Assembly (NCBI RefSeq): GCF_006345805.1
Contig: NC_043005.1
Coordinates: 78,740,001 to 78,804,000, forward strand
Direction: 5' to 3'
Origin: Octopus sinensis
Taxonomy: Eukaryota
Length of the DNA: 64,000 bases
Position 1 is the stretch's first letter. Each line of letters opens with the position of its first letter. Position numbers and translations under genes: made by a program. The notes below the pieces were generated by a model. It saw nothing but the letters and a program-made list of their open reading frames with translations. It was not told the DNA's origin and made no database searches. Positions 1 through 11,816 of the stretch are shown piece after piece.

Positions 1-3
1 CAC

Positions 4-4
<1 letters not shown>

Positions 5-34
<30 letters not shown>

Positions 35-88
35 TGTATGTATGTATGTATGTATGTATGTATGTATGTATGTATGTATGTATGTATA
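5..88 (+). repeat. (TATG)n microsatellite
   Basis: Perfect TATG tract; source of the MYVC ORFs. Confidence 0.98.
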
Positions 89-89
89 C

Positions 90-260
90 ACAATTGTCTA
101 CCGCACAATTTCCGTGAAAGAAACTCACTCACAAAGCATTGGTCGGCTCGAATTTATTCTGGAACTAGAAGCAGACACCAGAAGGTGCCTTGTAATGGGA
201 TTGAACTGCGAATAATTTGGTTTCGGACCGAACTACATAGCAACACATCCACGTCTACTC
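90..260 (-). mobile_element. Diverged 5' half of SINE family A
   Basis: cactcacaaagcattggtcggctcga...gggattgaac matches the reverse complement of the family A head seen intact at 23560-23727. Confidence 0.65.
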
Positions 261-939
261 ACGTATATTTCAACATTGGATCGAGATCACTTTAACCTCA
301 CCGTTATATTCCCACTTGCTGAAGCAGGCCACATCATGTAGAAATGTCAGAGAAGAATCGTCGTCTTTTATTGCATCGAAGCATGTTGAAACTTAGCAAA
401 ATATCCATTACTTAAACAGGTTGAAGGCTTCAAATTCGCTGGAGAAGATAATCGGTTTATATAACTAACCACGCACTTAACTCATATTTCATTTCAGTGA
501 CACCGGAATGATTGAAAAAAGAAAAAGAAAAACAAACCAGAAACCGTTGACCTCGGTGATATTTGAACTCGCAACGTAAAGGGTCGCAATTAAATAACGT
601 GCAATATTCTGTCCAACCTTCTAACGTGCTTGCAAATCAAATCCACTGCTTTGACCTAAGCAAAACCTTGCAAAAGCAAATATGTCGTCGGTGATATTGT
701 AGGCAGCTTTTGTCATACGTGTATGGATGTATATGTGGTAATGCATATGTGTATATGTGTGGATGTCTTTGTCGAGGTCGTCTTATCAAAATACTAATTG
801 ACTCTCAATGGACTGGGCAGGGAAAGCCGTCTTGCGAAGACATCCCCAAAGACTACCGCACAAACAAACGTAAACATATCTTCTGTTCCAATCTGAACTT
901 CTTTCGTAGATTACAAAGAAATCTCATATTGTCTCTGTC

Positions 940-965
940 TTTGTGTGACTGTCTGTATGTCTGTC

Positions 966-1004
<39 letters not shown>

Positions 1005-1241
1005 GACTGTCTGTCAGTCTGTTTCTTTCTGCCTGCCTGTCTTTTTGTCTGTCTGTGTCTTTCTGTCTGTATGTCTCTCTCTCTCTCTCCTTCACACATA
1101 CATACCATCTCTCCCTTTCTCTTTCTATCACTCACTCATTCTCACATTTGCTCTCTTTTTCTATCTATCTATCATTCTATCTATATATCTGTGTGTGTGT
1201 GTGTGTGTGTGTCTATTTACCCATCTATCTTTATCTATCTA

Positions 1242-1311
<70 letters not shown>

Positions 1312-1312
1312 C
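940..1312 (+). repeat. Compound (TCTG)n/(TC)n/(TG)n/(TCTA)n microsatellite
   Basis: Direct reading of the tracts. Confidence 0.95.
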
Positions 1313-1809
1313 ATTTCGAGTATAGAAAGTAGATCTATATTTTCATATATTGGTGTACACACATATATAATATATATATATATAAATGTATGTATGCATG
1401 TAGGTAGGTATGTGGGTTGGTAGGTAAATGTGTGTAGATGGGTTGATGTCTGAGTATGGACGTGTGTGCATATGTATGTATGCATACATACTTGAATATA
1501 TGCCTGTGTGGGTGTTTCTATGTAAGTATATAGGTTTATTTGTGTGTATATAAATACTTAAAAGTGTGTCTGTATGAATGGATTTATACGCTTGCGTATA
1601 TCTATTTATACGTGTTTAGATATTCATAAGATTATACTGTTTCTTTTGAGCATACGTGGATATATAAACAATGTATAAAATAAAAGTAACACACACGCGC
1701 ACACACACACACACAAACACACACACAAATATATATATATAGTCACACGCAAATACGCACGGACAACGCGAAATGTGTATGCATATCTATGTATATATGG
1801 TGTGTATAT

Positions 1810-1842
<33 letters not shown>

Positions 1843-2259
1843 AACATATATATATATATAAACAATATATATATATATATATATATGGCACGCGTGTGTA
1901 TGTGTGTGTGTGTGCGTGTGTGTGTGTCTGTCAGTCAGTCTGTCTGTGCGTATCCAAATATTTGACTAGAAAGTAAAAACATGTCTGCAGCCGAAGAAGA
2001 TTAATTCAGAATCATTAAGCGCAACCTTTTTAATCATTTCTGTTTGTCTAAACGTGGACTTGTGTTCATCAAAATATGATAAATCTAATTTCGATTCACA
2101 AAGCCTGTTTTATTACGTTGACATTCGAAAACTAACACCAACACACAAAATCAAACTTTGACAACTTTTGCATACGATAATACAACAGCTAGATGCAGAT
2201 TTTTAAAGAAATATGAGAGTGTCCCTTCAGCGAAGGTTAGGCAGGTTTCTTCTCTAGCA

Positions 2260-2420
2260 TTGTTGCTGTTGTTATTGTGGTCTGTATTGTTGATTAGTCC
2301 CATATTAGCTCGTTTTCAGTAGATCTATAATCAGATGTATTCCAGCAGTATCGTCTGCCGCTTCTGTGTATTTACATTGACTAGTTGTTTTCCTCTCTGA
2401 ATACGTTCTGACTTGAAAAA
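2260..2420 (-). mobile_element. Decayed SINE family C 3' part
   Basis: Reverse complement (gctggaatacatctgattatagatctactg...gagctaatatgggactaatcaacaa) resembles the tail of the element at 44345-44575. Confidence 0.4.
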
Positions 2421-2532
2421 TAGCATGATAAAAGAGACATATCGAATATATATATTATATCTATATATTATATTATATATATATATATTATAGCTATATA
2501 TATATATACATATATATATATTACATATATAT

Positions 2533-2578
<46 letters not shown>

Positions 2579-2620
2579 TATTATATATATATATATATAT
2601 ATATTATATTATATATATAT

Positions 2621-2821
2621 CACGTGATCACGTGACCGACCAGACCATCAGAAGAAGAGTGTGGTGAAAGAGTACAGCAGGGATCACCGCCCCCAGCTGG
2701 AGCCTCGTGGAGCTTTTATGTGTTTTCGCTCAATAAACACTCACAACGCCCGGTCTGGTAATCGAAACCGCAATCCTACGACCGCGAGTCAGCTGCCCTA
2801 GCCACTGGGCCATTGCGCCTC

Positions 2822-2822
<1 letters not shown>
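2621..2822 (-). mobile_element. tRNA-derived SINE family D (probably OR1/OR2-type octopus SINE), internally deleted
   Basis: Minus strand begins ggaggcgcaatggcccagtggctagggcagctgactcgcggtcgtaggattgcggtttcgatt (A and B boxes) and ends ggtcggtcacgtgatcacgtg; homologous to 27376-27690. The OR assignment is from memory. Confidence 0.85.
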
Positions 2823-2880
<58 letters not shown>

Positions 2881-2923
2881 CTGTGTGTGTGTGTATGTGA
2901 GAATACATATACATACATATGTA

Positions 2924-2965
2924 TGTATATACGAGGTGGGGGAGGCTGAAAAGTTGCTGGCTTTA
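2924..2965 (+). mobile_element. Mariner-type terminal inverted repeat remnant
   Basis: tacgagg...ggctgaaaagttgctggcttt; a related sequence in opposite orientation occurs at 13969-13999. Confidence 0.5.
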
Positions 2966-3095
2966 AAGGTATCGCAACGGCAGTTGTCAGTATTTACAGG
3001 CTCAGGTTCTCTCCCACTGACGTGAAGTGATTTTTAGTTCGATCTCAATGCGCAACATTTTTGAATGGTAACTCTTATAATACATTTTGAGTAAT

Positions 3096-3324
3096 CTAAG
3101 CTCTGTGATTGATACTGCGTGGCCGGAAATTGTAGCGAGAGTCTCTCAATACGTATTTTGGTTGGTGGGCTGTAGATGTTACAATGCCTTCATCTGCCCA
3201 TTCCGTTTTATTAGGAGTTGACCCAAATCTCTTATAAACATTCAAACCAGGTGTCCGGCCATAATAATCAATTCCCAGTACAGATGTAGAACTTCTCATT
3301 ACAGCAAAACACAACTTTTTGTTC
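3096..3324 (-). CDS. Possible terminal coding exon, unknown protein
   Basis: T-rich tract plus tttag acceptor, then 75 open codons NKKLCFAVMRSSTSVLGIDYYGRTPGLNVYKRFGSTPNKTEWADEGIVTSTAHQPKYVLRDSRYNFRPRSINHRA*; non-repetitive composition; no family recognised. Confidence 0.3.
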
Positions 3325-3392
3325 CTAAACACATTTCTAAATATAATTAAAAAAAAAAATTTGTTACAATTAAGAGAAATAAATATCTTAAT

Positions 3393-3773
3393 AGTAAAGA
3401 TTATTTGCCAACATAATGTAGCAATCCCGATCAGGACGAATGCCACTATTATTTAGCCCCAGGAAACAGCGTCTCCAGCTGGCTATACGACACACTATAT
3501 GCGTCCTTTTTTCTTTTTTTGAACGAGGGAGTTTAGAGTTCCCACTCAGCACAAAGCAATATCTGCGTACTGCGATTTCTGTGTTATTTCCTGAAACCGC
3601 GGTATGCGGATATTCATTTAGAGATGAGTGGGGACTCTAAAATCCCTCGTTTAAAAAATATAAGGACACAGATAGTCGTATAACCAGCTGGAGACGATGT
3701 TTCCTGTGGCTAAATAATTGTGACATTCGTCCTGGCCGGGACTGACACATTATGTTGGCAAATAATCTTTACT
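3393..3773. mobile_element. ~380 bp fold-back palindrome (MITE-like)
   Basis: AGTAAAGATTATTTGCCAACATAATG...CATTATGTTGGCAAATAATCTTTACT; arms stay complementary inward (acgagggagtttagagttcccactca / tgagtggggactctaaaatccctcgt; aatatctgcgtactgcgatttc / gaaaccgcggtatgcggatatt) up to a ~13 nt loop. No TSD is evident. Confidence 0.85.
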
Positions 3774-3984
3774 CTAGAGTACTGTTACTGAATGTCTCTC
3801 CTTGAGAGATTTATAAATAATTTTTCTTTTTAATATTTTAATATATTGACGAGAAAGTTCATAAACAAACTCAATGTGGTTTCGTAGATCCCACAAAAAG
3901 ATCTTGGGAACACCGTTCTACTCTGATCAAGTCTCCTGTTCTACTTCGAAATTTAATTTATGCCAATTTACAAAAGGATGTCTT

Positions 3985-4161
3985 ACGTTACATATTTTCT
4001 CTCCTTGTTTCTTTCTGTGTTCCTTTCTGTGGAAGAGCGTAGGCTCGAAACGTTAAAACTTTTTCACTTCCCGAGCGTTATACTAATACATCTGTTTGTT
4101 GTTTGCACCGCCTGACTTCGTCTTTTGTTTTTTTAAATTTTTTTTTGTGAATTCTCCCTAT
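3985..4161 (+). mobile_element. Penelope/retrozyme-like repeat carrying a hammerhead-like motif (copy 1 of 3)
   Basis: Homologous to 21140-21350 and 21523-21720; all three end at gaattct..ctata. Confidence 0.7.
4021..4058 (+). ncRNA. Minimal type I hammerhead-like motif, A6U core
   Basis: ttt-CTGTGGA-A-GAGC gtag GCTC-GAAAC-GT-T-aaa: 4 bp stem II, palindromic ACGT stem III, short stem I. Confidence 0.55.
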
Positions 4162-5127
4162 AACGATGTATATATATATATACCTAAAAGGTATTTTCAT
4201 ATGCTGGCCACTGATAAAATGTTTTAATAAAATTTTATCATTATATTAGTTATATATATATGTTCATTGACGCCTTCGTTCCCCACCGTTTATATATATA
4301 TATATAATATATATATTATATATATAGATATATTATATATATATATATTCTTCTTATTTTTGATCTTCAGATGTCCACCAGCATAAAAGCAATAGCAATA
4401 CCATACTCTGTATGTCTATAAGAGTCAAAAGCGTTCTCTGATATATATATATATAGAATTACCTTCTCATAAAGCATTCTAATTAAATTCCCAATACTTT
4501 CTTTGGAGCGTACAAATGGCGACAAGGTTGCCAAATACAGTCATTATTCAAGCAAAGAATACCACGGTCCTATGACAAGTAGCCAATTATTATAGACATA
4601 AGTGAAAGTAGCAGCGTCCACTTTGATAGCCACGCAAAAGAAAAAGACAAGGCATTCAGCTACAAACTTTTAACTCAACGCCAAAGACATACGAAATGAT
4701 CTCTCAAGCATATTGTCATCCTGATATGTGTCTTGCTAAATATATTTTTCTTTCGCTTTCTTTTCCTTCGTCTTCTTTCCGTAATGTTTCCCTTTTTACA
4801 TTTTGTGCATGACATTTCAACATTTCAATAAAAAAAAATCCAAAAACAAAACAAAAAACCCAGAAAAAACAACAAGAGCAACAAAAAAAATCCTCTCACC
4901 TTCATATCAAATTAGACATTCATTTGTATGCATCTATCTTCATTGCACACACAATAACCACGTTCCATTCTTTTTCCCGCTTTTCTTCAGTATCTTACTT
5001 TCTCTCCCCTTTTCTGCCCTCTCACTTTCTCGTCACTCTCTCTCTCTCTCTCTTTCTCCCTCGCTTCCAAAATGTTTGTCTCCCTTTTTCTTGTTCGATG
5101 ATTCTTTCACGATTATGCTCTTACGTA

Positions 5128-5451
5128 ATCTTCTTCTTCTTCTTCTTCTTCTTCTTCTTCTTCTTCTTCTTCTTCTTCTTCTTCTTCTTCTTCTTCTTTT
5201 CTTCTTCTTCTTCTTCTTCTTCTTCCCCTCCTCTTCCTATTCCTCCTCCTCCTCCACCTCCTCTTCTTGTTTTCCAAATATATCTCTTTTCGAACTCCTC
5301 CTCCTCCCACTTACCCTGTGTGTGTGTGTGTACACACATATAGACGTACAGACACACATATACTTAAAAATACACATAAATAAATGTATACATATGAATA
5401 TGAATATAATAATAATAATAATAATAATGATGATGATGATCATGATGATGT

Positions 5452-5492
<41 letters not shown>

Positions 5493-5522
5493 TTGATGAT
5501 GATGATGATGATGCGGATGATG

Positions 5523-5559
<37 letters not shown>

Positions 5560-5593
5560 TAATAATAATAATAATAATAATATTAATAATAAC

Positions 5594-5636
<43 letters not shown>

Positions 5637-5691
5637 TGATGATGATGATGATGATGAGGATGTGATGATGATGATGATGCTGATGATGATG

Positions 5692-5730
<39 letters not shown>

Positions 5731-5745
5731 TAATAATAATAATAA
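5128..5745 (+). repeat. Compound trinucleotide block (TTC)n,(CTC)n,(AAT)n,(GAT)n
   Basis: Direct reading; source of the poly-L/F/I/M/D/N ORFs. Confidence 0.97.
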
Positions 5746-6300
5746 ATGCCCTGATGCAGTACCAGGCAGTGGCTCTCATGGCTTCTGATCTTAACTGATT
5801 GGAAGTGTTATCATGTACATGTTTTGTCTGGGTATAAAAGATGGGCTACAGCAAATATTCTGCTCAATACCACAGATTTGCGTGTCAGTTGTTTGACCTT
5901 AACCAGTTGAGCATGTCCCTTAGTGGCTGACGATATGTGCATCTCTGATCACGAGCAGAAGTAGTGGGGGAGCATCATAGCCATGTGTTGAGAGGGATTC
6001 TTTTGGGTTTGAATAATTCAGCTCTGGAAACATGGGTGGTTCTTTCAATATCCTTAAACAGCCCTTATTCAGAGACCGTTTGAGCGGAATGGGCTACTCA
6101 ACCTGAAGAAAATTCTAACTGGGCCCCACCTGCAAGGTCATGTGCTGTTTATCTTGATATGAGATCACCATGTCGCGCACATATGGTTGTGATGCATGTG
6201 CCTGGTGTACCCTTATCAGACGGGTAGTCATGATGGGTACATTGGGCTTCGTATATTTTACCCCAGTGTCACTTTGATGGCATGAACTGCTCTCTCACTC
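5746..6300 (+). mobile_element. Family E: ~555 bp non-coding retroposon-like element embedded in (TAA)n (copy 1)
   Basis: (aat)n-atgccctgatgcagtacc...ctctctcactc-(aat)n; homologous over its length to 41821-42365 and 42644-43182. Confidence 0.9.
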
Positions 6301-6316
6301 AATAATAATAATAATA

Positions 6317-6355
<39 letters not shown>

Positions 6356-6687
6356 TAATAATAATGATAGTAACTATACGTTAAATGTGGCTGCGTTGGA
6401 CGCGTGCTGAGCCATATAAGCATTGATGTCGTGTTCAATCCCCAGAGGGTCAGTTCATCTCTTTTCAGTCAATTGTTAAGATTTAGATTTAGTCACTCTA
6501 GTTTGTTGCATATATTATATTTTTCCGTTCAAGTCAGTGATAATGACCTTCTACATTGGGTCTCTTTCGGTTACCTATTGTTTAGAGGACACTCATTGAT
6601 AGATCTAAGGTTAAAAGATACAGATCTTGTTATTATTCTAAATTTTTGTGTGATTGATCTTTGTATTTATTTGGAAGTCACGCTTAC

Positions 6688-6738
6688 CTAGTTCACTTCG
6701 TGTATTCTCATCCAAAATAGAAACGATTGACCAACATA
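6688..6738 (-). CDS. Possible 51 nt internal exon (phase 1-1)
   Basis: cacttcag acceptor, G|gtaagc donor, open frame VCWSIVSILDENTRSEL; no homology recognised. Confidence 0.2.
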   Translation of the reverse strand, partial: YVGQSFLFWMRIHEVN

Positions 6739-6834
6739 CTGAAGTGGATCGCTTGAAGATTGTGTATTTTTCCATATGAATGCCTTTTTAATCAGAAATG
6801 AAATTACCCCCCCCCCAAATATATAATATATATC

Positions 6835-6872
<38 letters not shown>

Positions 6873-7060
6873 ATATATATATAACCAGCTTAGAGAAGAA
6901 GAAGAAACGAAACGAAACCAAACGAATCGAATCGAATCGACGCGAAGGCGCCTCAGTCATACAATAGTGTAATAAATAAAATATATGCATACATACAAAC
7001 ATATATGTACGTACCTACATCTACATGTATATATACATGCATATATAAATATATATACGT

Positions 7061-7215
7061 GTGTAAAGGACACCACAAATAGACGTAGAACTCAACGAGA
7101 AACGAAATCGTAAAAACAGCATGTTTTTTCGTTGTTAAAAAATGGTCCGTTCCATGGTGTTTTTACGTTTTCGTTTCTCGTTGAGTTCTACGTCTAATTG
7201 TGGTGTCCTGTACAC
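7061..7215. repeat. 155 bp palindrome with ~58 bp arms
   Basis: aggacaccacaaatagacgtagaactcaacgagaaacgaaatcgtaaaaaca ... tgtttttacgttttcgtttctcgttgagttctacgtctaattgtggtgtcct. Confidence 0.9.
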
Positions 7216-7303
7216 AGAATAATTGATATATGCATGTATATATACAGGTGATGTAGGTACGTACATATATGTTTGTATGTATGCATATTTTTATTTATTA
7301 CAC

Positions 7304-7340
<37 letters not shown>

Positions 7341-7683
7341 ATAATATATATATATATATTATATATATAAACCAACTTATAAACAAGGGCAAAAGAAATT
7401 TATTTCTACGCCAATATGCATAGAATTCTGCAAAAATATACAAAAAATTCTTTTGGCTAGCTTTCTTCGATTTCAGCACAACATACTTCTGTAGCGAGTA
7501 TAATAATAAGTGGAAATTAACGATTTAAAAGTCTGTTATCAGCATATTGGCATAGAAATAATTTTCTTTTACCCTTGTTCATAAGTTGTTTATAATTTTA
7601 ACCTTCAAAGGTATTTCAATATGCTGCCACTTTTTTGATGAAATTCTTTTCTGCTTTAAAAAAATTTCATCCTATATTAGCAT

Positions 7684-7718
<35 letters not shown>

Positions 7719-8057
7719 TAACAAACACATACACAAACATATACATGCACACACATATTTATGTATTTCTTTTGAAAGATTCTTGATGTGAAAACGTGTG
7801 TTGAAACGAATATTAAACACACGCACAGTTTATTTGATCTTCACCTTAGCTTTTATTCGTATTACTTTCAGTTTATACTCTTATCAAAGTTCTTTTATCA
7901 CATATTATGTGACCTGATCAGTGACTCTCTGTCCTATACGCCTCTTCTTGTCTGATATGTATGTATTTATGTTTGTGTGCAAGTATGTACGTATATAGTC
8001 ATGTATGTATGTTTGCATTTATGAGTGCATGTATATATGTATATATTATATATATAT

Positions 8058-8100
<43 letters not shown>

Positions 8101-8522
8101 ATATATGTTCTCTTCCTTCATTTCTTGAGCTTCAATATATTCATATAATATCCATTTCACTATTTCACAGCGAAGAATGTCAAATTTTATTCTCCTAGCA
8201 ACACTACTGAGATTTGAGTTGTTGTTATGGAACACCCAGATTTTAATAATTGCTTACTCGCAGTACACTTACGAGTAATATCATCCCCAAAAAAAAAAAG
8301 AAAAGGAAAAGTGATAAAGCGCCGAATGCATCTATAATGCTCTCCTTACGATGCGGTTCACCCATCTTAAAAGGTCGGTAAGGGAGATGGAGATCACATC
8401 GTTAGGACTAATGACTTTCAGGTTTGTCATTTGTTGAAGATGTTGAGAGCCTTTCTATATTATACATTATTACTTTAATACTACGTTTGACATTTTTACC
8501 TCATATAGGAGATGCATGTGTG

Positions 8523-8560
<38 letters not shown>

Positions 8561-8819
8561 TTTTGTGAGTGTTTGTGTGTGCTTGTGTGTACATATATAT
8601 AGGTATATGTACACACACACGTATATATATATATATACATATATATGTATGTATATATTCATATGCGTGTCTGTATGTACGTATGTATGTATATGTATGT
8701 ATGTACATGCTGTGTGTATATATACGTATGTATGTATCTATGCATTTGTAAGTATATATATTCATAAATATATATATATACACACATACATACATGCGTA
8801 CACACACACACATATATAC

Positions 8820-8860
<41 letters not shown>

Positions 8861-9039
8861 TTCTATGGTTTTATGCACAGGCATAGATTTATATACACAC
8901 ACATACAATCACACACACACACATGTATACATATATAAAGATGTATTTATAGATTTATCCATTTATTTATGTATCTGTCAATGACTTTATGAATGCATAC
9001 GTGTAAGTATGTATCTTTGCTTTGTATATTAATGTCTGC

Positions 9040-9124
9040 ATGTATGTATGTATATATGTATGTATGTTATGTATGTATGTATGTATGTATGTATGTATGT
9101 ATGTATGTATGTATGTATGTATGT
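9040..9124 (+). repeat. (TATG)n tract at the 3' end of the minus-strand RLE fragment
   Basis: Direct reading. Confidence 0.95.
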
Positions 9125-9385
9125 AGGTATCTTCTATTTTGTAATTATTATAAATCTTCCACTGAGGAGGGGGCCGGTTTCCAACCAAGATACAAGACTC
9201 CATCTCTCGGATGTAGTTACCACAGACCAATTCACATTTGGAACTTGAGAAAAGTCTTGCATTATTTTACTGTTCCACTCACAGATTGGACTTGTAATGT
9301 AGCAATCAACAGTCATTTTCTGTTTCTGAAAATCCAAGTTTATCAAGATTCTCCTTTAAGCATTTACTAACAAAACTTAAAATAG
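9125..9385 (-). mobile_element. 5'-truncated RLE-type non-LTR retrotransposon (C-terminus plus 3' UTR)
   Basis: Minus strand encodes FVSKCLKENLDKLGFSETEN / TLQVQSVSGTVK*CKTFLKFQM* (one frameshift, one stop), homologous to the C-terminus at 18870-18995; the 3' UTR runs into (TACA)n. Confidence 0.8.
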
Positions 9386-9439
9386 AAATATTAAATTTCT
9401 AAATATCTCAGAGAGATATAAGCAGTGGTGGAACGATAG

Positions 9440-9555
9440 AACTTAACGTGCCGGTCCCATAAAGGGAATCACACCACCACTATTTAGCCCTAGGAAGCAT
9501 CAACGCTTCCTGTCGGCCTTGACACATTTTCTGTGTCCTTATGTTTATAAGGGGG
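9440..9555 (+). mobile_element. Single-arm remnant related to the 3393-3773 fold-back element
   Basis: ctatttagccctaggaagcatc and tctgtgtccttat match the arm sequences tatttagccacaggaaacatc and tctgtgtccttat. Confidence 0.55.
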
Positions 9556-9571
9556 AGACAAGCAACCTCAT

Positions 9572-9649
9572 CCAGCTAAGACTACATCCAGAGACATGTT
9601 TCTGAGTTTTGTTCGTCATCAGTCTGGAGTAGCATGGCTTGCTAGCTGG
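9572..9649 (-). ncRNA. Type I hammerhead ribozyme, canonical core
   Basis: Minus strand ccagcta..ctac-tccaga CTGATGA cga-acaaaac-tca GAAAC AT GTC tctgga-t-gtag..tagctgg; stem I is 6+4+7 bp; predicted cleavage after C9593; the base pair of stem II carries one C.A mismatch. Confidence 0.8.
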
Positions 9650-9700
9650 CTGCAGATACCTGTCTAGGCCTTGTAAACATATATAATTTCAGTGAAGTAA

Positions 9701-10135
9701 CTTTGACGAAACGCTAATTTATTTTATCGACACGTTTGGTGATCGCTATGTTATTTTATCGATCTCCTTTGGCGAACCGCTAAATTATTTTATCGATTAC
9801 GATTGGCGTACCGCTAAGTTATTTTATCGATCACTTAGGCGAAGCGGTAAGTTATTTTATCGATACCTTTGTCGAACTGCTAAGTTATTTTATCGATCTC
9901 GTTTAGGCGAACCGCTAAGTTATTTTATCGGATATCTTTGGCGAACCGCTAGGTTATTTTATCGATCTCCTTTGGCGACCCACTAATTTATTTTATCGGA
10001 TGGCTTTTGCAAATCACTAGGTTATTTTATGGAATCCCTTTGGCGAAGCGCTAATTTATTTTATCTATCACGATTGGCGAACCGGTAAGTTATTTTATAG
10101 ATATCGTTCGGCGAACCGCCAAGTTATTTTATCGA
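9701..10135 (+). repeat. 33-34 bp minisatellite, 13 units
   Basis: Consensus ~ttggcgaaccgctaagttattttatcgatctcct; ttattttat recurs at ~9719, 9751, 9785, 9819, 9852, 9885, 9920, 9954, 9988, 10022, 10056, 10090, 10124. Confidence 0.95.
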
Positions 10136-10600
10136 GAGAGATAGAAAAAGATTGAATGTAAGAGAATGCGCTGGAGAGTCCGAGAGAAAGTAAGAGTAAG
10201 AGAGTGGGAAAGTGAGAAAGAAAGGAGAGAAAAACAAAGAGGGAGAATGTGGCGATAAGAAACAGAAAGGAAGCAACAGAAAGTAACAGCCACATCCTCA
10301 CCCTCGCATAGAGCGGATCACCTTAAATAGTCTATACACACACACATGCACACATATATAGATATATTAATATATACATACATACATATTCATAACTATA
10401 AATATATTTGTATGTATGTGTGTGTTCTTGCGCGCGCGCGCGTAGATAAGACGAGCCTCTGTCATCAAAGATTCCATCTTTGAACTTCTCTGTAGTAAAA
10501 TCTGAAATGTAAAACCATCTCTACCGTGATAACGGAACCTCGTCTAATCCAATGCTGATTATAACCATTACGTTCACATACTCTGATGAATCTCACCTAC

Positions 10601-10707
10601 CAGCATTGTCATCAATTCCTGAGCTTCCAGAAACAGCTGTTGGACTTATAACCGCTTTCTTCCACCGCTTTAATTTTCTTTGCCCCTTGTACTCTGGGTA
10701 AGTTGGA
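10601..10707 (-). CDS. Possible internal exon, unknown protein
   Basis: aacaag acceptor (weak), G|gtaggt donor, PTYPEYKGQRKLKRWKKAVISPTAVSGSSGIDDNA; a competing plus-strand reading (10604-10697, strong GG|gtaagt donor) is also open. Confidence 0.3.
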
Positions 10708-10907
10708 CTTGTTAATAATATAAATATCTATATACTTATACTTAAAAATTTATATTCTGTAAGTCCCCAATTTTTTGCTTTCTCTTGTCTTGTGTGTATA
10801 CACATATATTTAATATATGTAATTTGTTTATCCGCATAATTGCCTATATATATATATATATATATGTTAACATGTCGTATGTCCAAATTTGGGCAAATTC
10901 GTTTTTT

Positions 10908-10956
<49 letters not shown>

Positions 10957-10966
10957 ATATACATAC

Positions 10967-11052
<86 letters not shown>

Positions 11053-11266
11053 CATAAATGAGGGCAAAGGAAAAAATTTCTAATGCCAAATATGCCGAAA
11101 AATTGGACATTAATATATATATATATCTATATATATATATATATATATACGAGGTAATTTTTATTCTCATAGTGTTTCCTGCAACCGTACGTTTTCTTTC
11201 TTTTTCATTTTAATAAGCATTCAAAATTTCAGAGTTGTTCATATTTAACAAATAAAAAATAATAAA

Positions 11267-11512
11267 TGCACCCTTTTAAAGCCTAGCCAGGCTCATGGGT
11301 CTGGCTTCCCGGTTTCTATGGTGTATGTGTTCCCCAGTTGGACGGAACACCAGTCCATCGCAGCGTTAATCATTTTTGCCAGCTGAGTGAACTGGAGCAA
11401 CCTGAAATGAAGTGTTTTGCTCAAGAACACAACGCGTCGCTCGGTCCAGGAGTCGAAACCACAACCTTACGATCATGATGCTGAGACCCTAGCCACTAAG
11501 CCACGCGCCTCT
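11267..11512 (-). mobile_element. tRNA-derived CORE-like SINE
   Basis: Minus strand ggcgcgtggcttagtggctagg...ggtttcgactcc...gcgttgtgttcttgagcaaaacacttcatttcaggttgctccagttcactcagctggcaaaaatg; same head and central block as 62870-63005. Confidence 0.85.
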
Positions 11513-11816
11513 ACATTTGACAAATGGCTAGGCTTATATTTCTCAACTGCAACTGACACTGCACCATGGCGAAAAACGTCATGAATGACATTTAAAACAT
11601 GCACGCACACACATCACACATCACATACACACATAGACACACACACATATCCTCTCACATTCATTATTGATTTATTCATTATTTGATAGCTTTGTGTATT
11701 ATAATTTATCAACACATTCCATCGAATATCAACAGCATTTTAATGTGTCAAGGACCTGGTCGTAGATTTACGTGGAAACATTTCTGTTACTACGTAATAT
11801 ACATTACTGAGTAATG

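Noticed and set aside
775-930. KILIDSQWTGQGKPSCEDIPKDYRTNKRKHIF as an exon
   Set aside because: Weak splice signals, both strands give short open frames, no recognisable domain
5746-6000. HDV-like ribozyme near the 5' end of family E
   Set aside because: A P3/L3-like gtc-ccttagt-ggc and a partial P1 can be drawn, but P1.1 and the 3' strand of P2 are missing
9701-10135. CRISPR array
   Set aside because: Variable segments are only ~7-9 nt and related to each other, units are degenerate, no cas genes, eukaryotic context
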